From an uncultured Chloroflexia bacterium (GTDB lineage: Bacteria; Chloroflexota; Limnocylindria; QHBO01), in contig CAWHEV010000009.1 of NCBI GenBank assembly GCA_963828485.1, positions 775,318 through 839,317 on the forward strand: a DNA stretch of 64,000 bases, in the 5' to 3' direction. Below are positions 1 to 7,696 of the stretch, in pieces. The notes beneath the pieces were generated by a model. That model saw only the letters and a program-made list of their open reading frames with translations, made no database searches and was not told the DNA's origin. Every line of letters begins with the position of its first letter. The stretch's first letter is position 1. The translations under genes were made by a program, and so were the position numbers.

Positions 1-115
1 CGCCGAGGGCGGCACCGAACGCATCGCGGCCACCGGGTCGGGCGAAGACGCGTAGCGCCGGGACATCGCGTCGAGCCGTCCCGCCGACGGCCGGCGCGCT
101 GGTAGGATCCGCGGC

Positions 116-682
116 GTGACGTACATGAGCTCCGAGTCGCCATTCCGCCCGGTGCGCGTGGAGGTCACAACCTCGAGCTTCCGCGTGCGTGGCACGGTGC
201 GAACCCGGTTCGACCGCGTCGCATCGGTGCTCAACAACCTCGACCTCTCCCACCTGACCGTGGAGCTCGCGACGATCAGCGAGCTGTACGACCCCGAGCG
301 GGGCAGGCGGGCGGAGTCCGTGATGATCTCGCTCGACGAGATCCTGTTCATGGTGGCCGACATGCCCGAGGAGCGGACGACCGACGCCATCATCGTGCCC
401 AAGCACCCCATCGGCGCGCTGCTCGGCATCCCGCCCTTCGAGCTCGAGGGCACGATCTTCGTCCCCGAGTCGGTCGACTCGGCCGCCACGGCGATGACGA
501 TGACGCCCGACATCTTCGTGCCGATGGTCGACGTCGAAGTGTCCTGCTGGATCCGCACCGAGCTCAACGCCGTCTACCCGGTGCTGGCCTTCCACCGGCG
601 GCTGGTGCACGTGATGTCGTTCTCGGAGGACGCCCGCCCGGATCCCCTCGCCGGGGTACGACCGCCAACCGAGACGGGATGA
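116..682 (+). CDS. hypothetical protein
   Basis: 188-aa ORF with protein-like composition and no recognisable motif. Confidence 0.35.
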   Translation: MTYMSSESPFRPVRVEVTTSSFRVRGTVRTRFDRVASVLNNLDLSHLTVELATISELYDPERGRRAESVMISLDEILFMVADMPEERTTDAIIVPKHPIGALLGIPPFELEGTIFVPESVDSAATAMTMTPDIFVPMVDVEVSCWIRTELNAVYPVLAFHRRLVHVMSFSEDARPDPLAGVRPPTETG

Positions 683-694
683 CGCCGACGCGGC

Positions 695-1450
695 CTACGG
701 GCCGCGGTCGACAATGGGCTTGAAGCCCACCTCTTCACCAGGCTCGGCAGCGTCGAGGATCGCCTCCACCACGCGTGCGGCGGCTGCCTGGTTCAGGCGC
801 AGCACGCGGCCGTAGGCGTTGGCCCACCACGGCGCGTTGTCGGTCGTCACGACCTCCTCGGACGGCTCCTCGAGCACGACCCGCGAATGCGGATGCGGGA
901 ACACGATGGCCGCGCGCAGGTGGATCTCCGGCAGGGCCATGTCCTCGACCCAGCGCTGGATGCCGAATGTGAGGGCCGTGGCGTCGGTGCTCGGATTGGT
1001 GCGGCAGCGGATCCAGCCATGACGGCTGTGCGTGTCGTACTCCCAGGTCTTGCCGCGGATCCGGTATCGGCCGTGCCACTCCCGGACGGTGATGACCCGC
1101 GTGCCGCCCGGGCCAACGAGCATTCCATCCAGGCGCGCAACGTCGCGAACGGGAAGGCGCGGCTGGACGATCAGGGTGTAGTCGTCGCCGAAGATCGGCG
1201 ACAGCAGTGCGATGAGCGCATCGGCGCGCCGGCGGGCGTGGTCCGGCCGCATGACCCGCAGGAGCCACGCCGTGCCGACACCGATCCCGATCGCGGCCGT
1301 GCAGGCCAGCAGGCCGACGCGTACGGGCGACGCGGGGCCGATGAAGGCGAGGAGGATTGACACGGCGCCGACGCCGATCATCGCCAGGGCCACCATGCGA
1401 GGCCGTCGACGCGGATCGTGGTGGAGTGCCTCGGGCCGGATCACGTGCAT
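695..1450 (-). CDS. membrane-anchored hypothetical protein, possibly NERD-like
   Basis: N-terminal TM helices. Central stretch DVARLDGMLVGPGGTRVITVREWHG resembles the NERD core (EIDhlvv..G.fviEvK.w.G) with the E/K positions substituted. Confidence 0.3.
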   Translation of the reverse strand: MHVIRPEALHHDPRRRPRMVALAMIGVGAVSILLAFIGPASPVRVGLLACTAAIGIGVGTAWLLRVMRPDHARRRADALIALLSPIFGDDYTLIVQPRLPVRDVARLDGMLVGPGGTRVITVREWHGRYRIRGKTWEYDTHSRHGWIRCRTNPSTDATALTFGIQRWVEDMALPEIHLRAAIVFPHPHSRVVLEEPSEEVVTTDNAPWWANAYGRVLRLNQAAAARVVEAILDAAEPGEEVGFKPIVDRGP

Positions 1451-1482
1451 GGGACCGGACTCCCTTCGACTAGGCTGGGCCG

Positions 1483-1974
1483 GTGACGATGACGATCACC
1501 GCTCGCGTGGATCCAGCCGGGGGCGGTGTCGAGGCCTCGGCGTCGACCGGTCAGCCGATCGCCATGAGCGCCGACGGCCCCGGCAACACGGCGGCGCTTC
1601 CAGAGCCGATGGAGGTGCTGCTGGCTGCCCTGGCGGGCTGCACCGCGATGGACGTGGCGAGCATCCTGCGCAAGAAGCGCCAGCGCGCGACCACCTACGA
1701 CATCGAGGTCAGTGGACAGACGGTGGAGGAGCCGCCCCGCGTCTTCAGCTCGATCACCGTGGAGCACCGCGTCAGCGGCGATGTCGGCTCGGAGCCATTG
1801 CGACGCTCGATCGAGCTGTCCGCGACGCGCTACTGCCCGGTCAACGCCATGCTGTCGGCGGTCGCCCGGGTCGAGCATCGCTACCTCCTCGTCGACGCCG
1901 CCGGGACCACGCATGAGGCCACCGTGGCGGTTGTGGGTCCGAACCGCGAGGTCCGGGTCATCCCAGGCGCCTGA
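1483..1974 (+). CDS. OsmC/Ohr family peroxiredoxin-like protein
   Basis: LLAALAGCTAMDV and RYCPV motifs typical of OsmC; 163 aa. Confidence 0.8.
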   Translation: MTMTITARVDPAGGGVEASASTGQPIAMSADGPGNTAALPEPMEVLLAALAGCTAMDVASILRKKRQRATTYDIEVSGQTVEEPPRVFSSITVEHRVSGDVGSEPLRRSIELSATRYCPVNAMLSAVARVEHRYLLVDAAGTTHEATVAVVGPNREVRVIPGA

Positions 1975-2364
1975 TCACGACGCGCTGCGCAGCTCCTCGT
2001 TACCGCCGATCGCCTGCTCGACGGCGTCCCGGAACGTGTCGAGGTCGAAGGGCTTGGGGACGACGGGACCGAGCGGTTCGAGCTCCGACAGGCGCTCGCG
2101 GCTGGCTGCCGAGACGAAGATGGCCGGGATGCCCGGCCACGCCGAGCGCAGGAGCTCGGTGATGTCCCCACCATCGCCATCGGGCAGCATCACGTCGATG
2201 ACCATCAGGTGCGGCAGGGCCACCTCCATCAGGTCGCCGAGCTCGACGATCCGGGTGCAGGTGACGACGGTGAAGCCCATCTCTCGCAGGAGATCGGCTT
2301 CCAGGGCGGCGATATCCGGGTCGTCCTCGAGGACGTAGGCGCGGGGAGCTTCGGACATGATCAT
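1975..2364 (-). CDS. stand-alone response regulator receiver domain (CheY-like)
   Basis: Single REC domain with acceptor Asp context VIDVMLPDGDG and a KPF motif. Divergent from ku. Confidence 0.75.
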   Translation of the reverse strand: MIMSEAPRAYVLEDDPDIAALEADLLREMGFTVVTCTRIVELGDLMEVALPHLMVIDVMLPDGDGGDITELLRSAWPGIPAIFVSAASRERLSELEPLGPVVPKPFDLDTFRDAVEQAIGGNEELRSAS

Positions 2365-2537
2365 CGGCGATCAGTTTCCCGCCGGTCATCGGTCAGGTCT
2401 ATGACCCATGGGGGTGGTACCGATGGGGTACCCCGGTCGGTTTGCCCCCGCGGTGTACCATTCGGCCCGCGTTCGGAGCACGGTCCGCCAAGGCACTGGC
2501 GGAGGCTTGGAACGCCGTACGGGAGCACGGCACACAG

Positions 2538-3431
2538 ATGGCACGATCGATGTGGCGGGGGGCGATCCAGTTCGGCCTGGTCACCATCCCGGTCAAGCTC
2601 TACCTGGCCACCGAGACGGGGGGCATCGGCTTCAACCTGCTGCACGCCACCTGTCTGAATCGCATCCAGATGAAGGTGTACTGCCCGCATCACGACGAGG
2701 TCATCCCGCGCTCGGAGACCGTCCGCGGCTACGAGTGGAGCAAGGGTAAGTACGTCGTCGTGACCGACGAGGACATCGACTCGGTTCCTCTCAAGACGAT
2801 GCGCGCGATCGAGATCGAGATGTTCGTCAAGGCATCGCGCGAGAACGAGGGCACCCAGTTCGTCAAGCAGGCCTACTACCTTGAGCCCGAGCAGATCGGT
2901 GCCAAGGCCTTCTACCTGCTCAAGTCGGTGCTCGGCGAGCAGAACAAGAGCGCCATCTGCAAGATCGTCCTGAAGGATCGAGAGCAGCTGGCCGCCCTGA
3001 ACCCGTTCGCGAAGACGATGCTCCTGACCACGCTGCATTGGCCCGACGAGGTGCGGGCGCTCGACGAGCTGAGCCTCCCGGAAGACGAGATGGACATCAA
3101 GGCCTCGGAGAAGAAGATGGCCGAGCAGCTCGTGGCCAGCATGACCGGCGAGTTCGACGCCAGCGACTATGCCGATGGATACCGGCAGGCCCTCATGGCG
3201 GTCATCGAGAAGAAGGTCGCCGGCGAGAAGCCCGAGCCGCAGGAGCGCGCCGAGCCGACGAACATCACCGACCTCATGGCCGCGCTCGAGGCATCGGTGG
3301 CAGCGGCCCGGACGGACCGCAGCGCGGCCTCGAGCCCGAAGAAGGCGACCACCAAACGCAGCAGCACCAGGAAGAAGGCCGCTGCCGCCGCCTCGGAGGA
3401 GCCCGTCAAGCGCCGTCGCAAGACGGCCTGA
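2538..3431 (+). CDS. ku: Ku protein (non-homologous end joining)
   Basis: MARSMWRGAIQFGLVTIPVKLY N-terminus, Ku core and a Lys-rich C-terminal tail. ATG at 2538. Confidence 0.9.
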   Translation: MARSMWRGAIQFGLVTIPVKLYLATETGGIGFNLLHATCLNRIQMKVYCPHHDEVIPRSETVRGYEWSKGKYVVVTDEDIDSVPLKTMRAIEIEMFVKASRENEGTQFVKQAYYLEPEQIGAKAFYLLKSVLGEQNKSAICKIVLKDREQLAALNPFAKTMLLTTLHWPDEVRALDELSLPEDEMDIKASEKKMAEQLVASMTGEFDASDYADGYRQALMAVIEKKVAGEKPEPQERAEPTNITDLMAALEASVAAARTDRSAASSPKKATTKRSSTRKKAAAAASEEPVKRRRKTA

Positions 3432-3443
3432 CGTCCACCGGTC

Positions 3444-4136
3444 GTGCCCGGCGAGCAGCTCGGCCTTCCGATCGAGACGCCCGGCGCGTCCGAGCGCCTG
3501 CCGTCCCGTATCACGCCGATGCAGCCGTCGGCCGGTGCCGCCCCATTCGACGATCCCGCGTACCTCTTCGAGCCATGGTGGCCGGGCGTGCGTGCGATGG
3601 CGTGGGTCGAAGGGCAGGAGCTGGTCCGGCTCCGCGCCGCCGGACTCTCCGATGCCCTCGTCACGTTCGCAGAGCTGACCGAGGAGCTGCCCGAGCGGCT
3701 CATGGACGATGGCGTGGTGCTCGATGGCTGGCTCCTGGCGCTCGACGAGGGCGGATGGCTCGACACCGAGCTGCTGCGGCGACGACTGACCGGGGATCGG
3801 CGCGCCGGCCGCCCGGCCTTCGTGGCCACCGATCTTCTGTGGAGCGGTGGCGTCACCTGGCAGCGCCGGTCATTCGCCGCTCGCAGGCGCCGGCTGGAGG
3901 ACGTGCTTCGCGACGGCGACCGCTGCGTCGTCTCGCATGCGCTCCACGGTGACGGCACCCTCCTCGCCGAGGCGCTCGGCCGCTTCGGGATCGAGGGGAT
4001 CTCCGCTCGGCGGCTCGATGCCCGCCATCGGAGCGGACCCGCCGGCGAGGCCTGGCTGCGCCTCCCCGTCCGCCCGGCGCTGAGCACCGAGCGCCCCCGG
4101 CTTGCCCTCATCCAGCGCCTGCCGTTGAGCGCCTGA
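3444..4136 (+). CDS. LigD ligase-domain-like protein with degenerate catalytic motifs
   Basis: Follows ku by 12 nt. Ligase motif I appears as FEPWWPGVRA instead of EPKWDGYR. Motif V reads EGISARRLD (K to R) and motif VI reads WLRLP (K to R or P). VLDGWLL and DLLWSGG are retained. Only 230 aa. Confidence 0.6.
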   Translation: MPGEQLGLPIETPGASERLPSRITPMQPSAGAAPFDDPAYLFEPWWPGVRAMAWVEGQELVRLRAAGLSDALVTFAELTEELPERLMDDGVVLDGWLLALDEGGWLDTELLRRRLTGDRRAGRPAFVATDLLWSGGVTWQRRSFAARRRRLEDVLRDGDRCVVSHALHGDGTLLAEALGRFGIEGISARRLDARHRSGPAGEAWLRLPVRPALSTERPRLALIQRLPLSA

Positions 4137-4153
4137 GCCATCGTCACCGGCGC

Positions 4154-4804
4154 TCAGCGAGCCAGGAGCTCCTGGGCGTGCTCGAGCTTGGTCCGCGGAT
4201 CGGCGACCAGGCCCGGCCAATCTGCCAGGGCGGCGGCCAACCGATCGAGCTGACCGCGAGCCGCGGGGTCGTCGGCCGAGGAGAGCATCAGCTCGAGCTC
4301 GACAACGTCAAGCACGCCGAGCGGCTCGCCACCGCTTCCGATGACCGTCACCACATCGAGGCTCAGCGTCCCGAGCCGCTCGGCGCCGAGGTGCACGCCG
4401 CGCTCGGTTCGCAGCTGCCGGAGACGGAACTGCTCGCCCAGGGTCTCCCCATGGCTCAGCCGCGCGAGCATCTCGCGAGCCTCGCTCGCCGGCCAGTCGA
4501 CCGGCCGCATGGAAGAACTTGCGGGCCCCTCGATCTCGGGACGGCTGTGCAGCCAGGCATCGGCTCCCCCGGCCGCAGGCGCCGGGCCCTTGAGCGAGAC
4601 GATGAAGCCACTCCCGCGATCCCGCAGGCGGCACGCCCAGCCCGCCGAGCGGAGGCGGCCGTCCGCGGTGTCGAGGTAGATGTCGATCTCGTCGACGGTC
4701 GCCGCCGGGCCGAGCCGAGCGTCCGAGAGCGTCGACGCCGTCGCCAGCCCTGCGAGCACGGTCGCGTCAGCGGCGAGGAACTTTGCCTCGACCTCAGTCG
4801 CCAT
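4154..4804 (-). CDS. CYTH-domain protein (triphosphate tunnel metalloenzyme family)
   Basis: MATEVEAKFL start (ExExK motif) and beta-barrel CYTH-like periodicity. Overlaps the upstream WYL gene by 11 nt. Confidence 0.7.
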   Translation of the reverse strand: MATEVEAKFLAADATVLAGLATASTLSDARLGPAATVDEIDIYLDTADGRLRSAGWACRLRDRGSGFIVSLKGPAPAAGGADAWLHSRPEIEGPASSSMRPVDWPASEAREMLARLSHGETLGEQFRLRQLRTERGVHLGAERLGTLSLDVVTVIGSGGEPLGVLDVVELELMLSSADDPAARGQLDRLAAALADWPGLVADPRTKLEHAQELLAR

Positions 4805-5825
4805 AGCGCGCCGCAGCGGTGCGTGCCGACTCGGCGATCGCCTCGCGCAGCTCGGACGGCTCGATGACCTCGACCGCGCCACCCCACGAGAGCACCCACG
4901 ACTGGATCTCGACGATCCCGGCCACCGTGACCGCGAGCTCGAGCCCGCCGTCCGGGAGCTCGGTGATCACCTGCGACCGATGCCAGACGGCCTCGCGCAC
5001 CCGGTGCGCGACGGATGCGTCGAAGCGCAGGCGGATCCTGACCGCCGGCGTGCCCTCGGACGACCAGATGCCCCACGAGTTGGCCAGCCAGGCGTCCGGA
5101 TCGAAGTCGTCGGGGATCTCGTAACGGTCCGTGGTCAGCGTCGCGCTGCGGATGCGCTCGACCTTGTAGGTGCGCATGGCGCCAGCCGGCTCGTCGTGGC
5201 CGATGAGGTAGACGCTGCGGAGCGCCGCGTCCGGCTCGAGGAAGTAGGGCCGGACGCGGGTCCTCTTCGGTGCGGCCGTCCCGGGGTCGTAGTCGATCTC
5301 GACCACGCGTCCCTCCGCCCAGCCGCGCGCCACGGCCGAGAAGGAGCGGGTGAACGGCTCGTCCGGGTCGTGGGCCCCGATGGCGAGCACCGTGGCCGTC
5401 ACGTGGCGCGCGATCGGCTGCGGAACCGCATCGGCGAGCTTGGTGAAGGCGCTGACGACGGCGGCGTCGTACTGGTCGGACCACCGCGCGATGAGGCGCG
5501 AGGCGAGGAAGAGGACGATCGCCTCCGGGACCGACAGGTGCAGCGGAGGAAGGAAGAACTTGCGATCGATGCCGTAGCGGCCGCGACCGGCCTGGAAGAC
5601 CGGCACGTCGAGCTCCTCCTCGAGTGCCCGGATGTCGCGATACACGGTGCGCGTCGTCATCCCGGTCAACCGGGCGATCTCGGCGACCGGTACCCCGGCC
5701 TCGCCGCTGCCCTTCGTGTAGAGGATCGACGCGACGTTCAGGAGCCGTGCCAGTCGGTCCCGTTTCCGGCCGGCGCGGTCCTCCGCGGCACCCCAGCCGG
5801 ACCACTCGTCGTCGATCTCGGTCAC
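4794..5825 (-). CDS. HTH-WYL-WCX transcriptional regulator (PafBC-like)
   Basis: N-terminal HTH (GMTTRTVYRDIRALEE), central WYL-type domain (RPYFLEPD...VYLIG) and C-terminal WCX-like region. GTG start at 5823-5825. Confidence 0.75.
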   Translation of the reverse strand: MTEIDDEWSGWGAAEDRAGRKRDRLARLLNVASILYTKGSGEAGVPVAEIARLTGMTTRTVYRDIRALEEELDVPVFQAGRGRYGIDRKFFLPPLHLSVPEAIVLFLASRLIARWSDQYDAAVVSAFTKLADAVPQPIARHVTATVLAIGAHDPDEPFTRSFSAVARGWAEGRVVEIDYDPGTAAPKRTRVRPYFLEPDAALRSVYLIGHDEPAGAMRTYKVERIRSATLTTDRYEIPDDFDPDAWLANSWGIWSSEGTPAVRIRLRFDASVAHRVREAVWHRSQVITELPDGGLELAVTVAGIVEIQSWVLSWGGAVEVIEPSELREAIAESARTAAARYGD

Positions 5826-5833
5826 TTCGATGC

Positions 5834-6922
5834 CTATGGCGTGAGGAACAGGAAGGCGATGGCGATGATGGCGTACACGCTCACCAGCTGGAGGCCCTCC
5901 ACCCAGTTCGACTTGCCATCGATGGCGATATAGGCCGCGATCAGGACGCTCACTGCCACGGCGACCACCTCGAGCGGCGTGAATACGAGGGTCAGCGGGT
6001 TGCCGACGATCAGGCCGAAGAAGACGAGCACCGGCACGGCGAAGAGGGCGATCTGGGTGGCCGAGCCGATCGAGGTGATGAGGCTGAAGTCCATCTTGTT
6101 CTTGTAGGCCAGCGTCACTCCGACCACGTGCTCGGCCAGGTTGCCGATGAGCGGAATGAGGATGATGCCGATGAAGAACTCGCTGATCCCCAGCGACGCC
6201 ACCGCCGGCTCGAGCGTGTGGACCAGCACCTCGGAGGCGAACGTCAGCGCCGCGGCCGAGGCGAGGAGGACGCCGAGAGACAGCCGCCAGCTCCAGTCCG
6301 GCACCTCGTCGGGTGCATGCTCGGTCGTCGGAGAGTCCGGTGAGCGAAGGAAGAACCAGGTCTGCGCCGCGTAGGTGACGAGCAGCAGGACGGCGACGCC
6401 CACGGTGAGGGCCTCGATCTGGAAGAACTGTGGATCGTCGGGTCCGGTTCCCTCGCCACCGCCGATGAGGAACGCGAACGTCGCGGGGATGACGAGGCCG
6501 ATGGTTGCCAGGATCAGCGACGCAGCGTTCATCCCGGTCGCGCCCGCGTCGTACGTCTGCACCCCGTTCTTCAGCCCGCCGATCAGGAGCGACGCTCCGA
6601 GCACCAGCAGCAGGTTGCCGATGATCGAGCCGGTGATCGTGGCGTGCACGACGTCGATCTTGTTATCGAGGATCAGGAACGCGGCGATGATGATCTCGCC
6701 GATGTTGCCGACCGTCGCGTTCATGATGCCGCCGACCTTCGGCCCGGCCGCCATGCCGAGCTGCTCGGTGGCGTGCCCGAGCGTGTAGGCGAGCCCGAGG
6801 ATCGCGATCGCGCTCACCCCGAAGGTGAGCGTCTCATCGGCCCCGGTGATGCGGAGCACCAGGGTCAGCGCCGTTCCGCCGATGGCGAGGGCGTAGGCGA
6901 TCATGCCGAACATCGGCGTCAT
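5834..6922 (-). CDS. Ca2+/H+ antiporter (CaCA family, ChaA-like)
   Basis: Polytopic membrane protein with two alpha-repeat GNxxE-like motifs (GNIGEIIIA and GNLAEHVVG). Confidence 0.8.
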   Translation of the reverse strand: MTPMFGMIAYALAIGGTALTLVLRITGADETLTFGVSAIAILGLAYTLGHATEQLGMAAGPKVGGIMNATVGNIGEIIIAAFLILDNKIDVVHATITGSIIGNLLLVLGASLLIGGLKNGVQTYDAGATGMNAASLILATIGLVIPATFAFLIGGGEGTGPDDPQFFQIEALTVGVAVLLLVTYAAQTWFFLRSPDSPTTEHAPDEVPDWSWRLSLGVLLASAAALTFASEVLVHTLEPAVASLGISEFFIGIILIPLIGNLAEHVVGVTLAYKNKMDFSLITSIGSATQIALFAVPVLVFFGLIVGNPLTLVFTPLEVVAVAVSVLIAAYIAIDGKSNWVEGLQLVSVYAIIAIAFLFLTP

Positions 6923-6937
6923 CCTAGCGCCGGCCGG

Positions 6938-7678
6938 TCACCCCTCGGGTGATGCGCTCGGATCGGGCGAGGCCGATGGACGCGCCGACCGAGTCGGCAC
7001 CGGGGTCGGGCTCGGAGCCGCCTCGCCGGGGAGCTGCTCGATGATGGCCCGGTTGAGGGCGTCGTCCGTGCCGATGAGCAGGAAGACCAGGTCGTCGCTG
7101 GCCCACGTGTAGATGTGAGTGCCGAGCGCGGTGGCGTTGTCCTCCGGCCGGGTCCAGACGAGGTTCCCGGCCACCGTCTCGAGCGTCCATGGCTCGCGGT
7201 GGAGTCCGGCGATTCCCACGTAGCGGCCGGCCGTGGCGAGATGAGGTTCGAGGTCCTCGGTGGCGACCGGCTCGCCCTCGACGCGCATGGCGTACAGGGA
7301 GGTGCGCGGATCGGGCACGTAGGCGAGCACCAGTGACGAGAACCGGTCACCGATCTCGCCATAGGCGATGGCGACATCGCCCGGCGTCAGGGCGAACTCG
7401 TCGAACGGCGCCACCACGATCGCCACGCCCCCGGCCTCGGTCGGGATGAGCGCCGCCAGCTCTTCGTCGGGCTCGTTCGTGAACCGCGGGCTGGGTTCAG
7501 GCGTTGGCGTCGGGGCCGGCGTGACGGGAATCGGCGTCTGCGTTGCGCTTGCCGCCCCGCTCTCCGGTGGCGTCGGGCTCGGGGTCGTGCCCGAGCAGGC
7601 GACCAGCGCGGCTCCGACGAGGAGGACCGATGTGGCCGCCCCAAGCAGGCGCGGCGACACGAGGCGCGACACGATCAT
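6938..7678 (-). CDS. Pro/Thr-rich lipoprotein
   Basis: Signal peptide with lipobox LVACSG followed by a Pro/Thr/Ser-rich linker. Confidence 0.55.
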   Translation of the reverse strand: MIVSRLVSPRLLGAATSVLLVGAALVACSGTTPSPTPPESGAASATQTPIPVTPAPTPTPEPSPRFTNEPDEELAALIPTEAGGVAIVVAPFDEFALTPGDVAIAYGEIGDRFSSLVLAYVPDPRTSLYAMRVEGEPVATEDLEPHLATAGRYVGIAGLHREPWTLETVAGNLVWTRPEDNATALGTHIYTWASDDLVFLLIGTDDALNRAIIEQLPGEAAPSPTPVPTRSARPSASPDPSASPEG

Positions 7679-7696
7679 GGGCCGCGCGATGATACC

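Noticed and set aside
3038-5805. Multiple long ORFs antisense to or overlapping ku, the pseudo-ligase, CYTH and WYL genes (for example 3038-3952, 3167-4147, 4456-5805, 4680-5933)
   Set aside because: Low-complexity R/P/G/A-rich translations with no motifs, lying opposite well-supported genes. These are GC-driven open frames, not genes.
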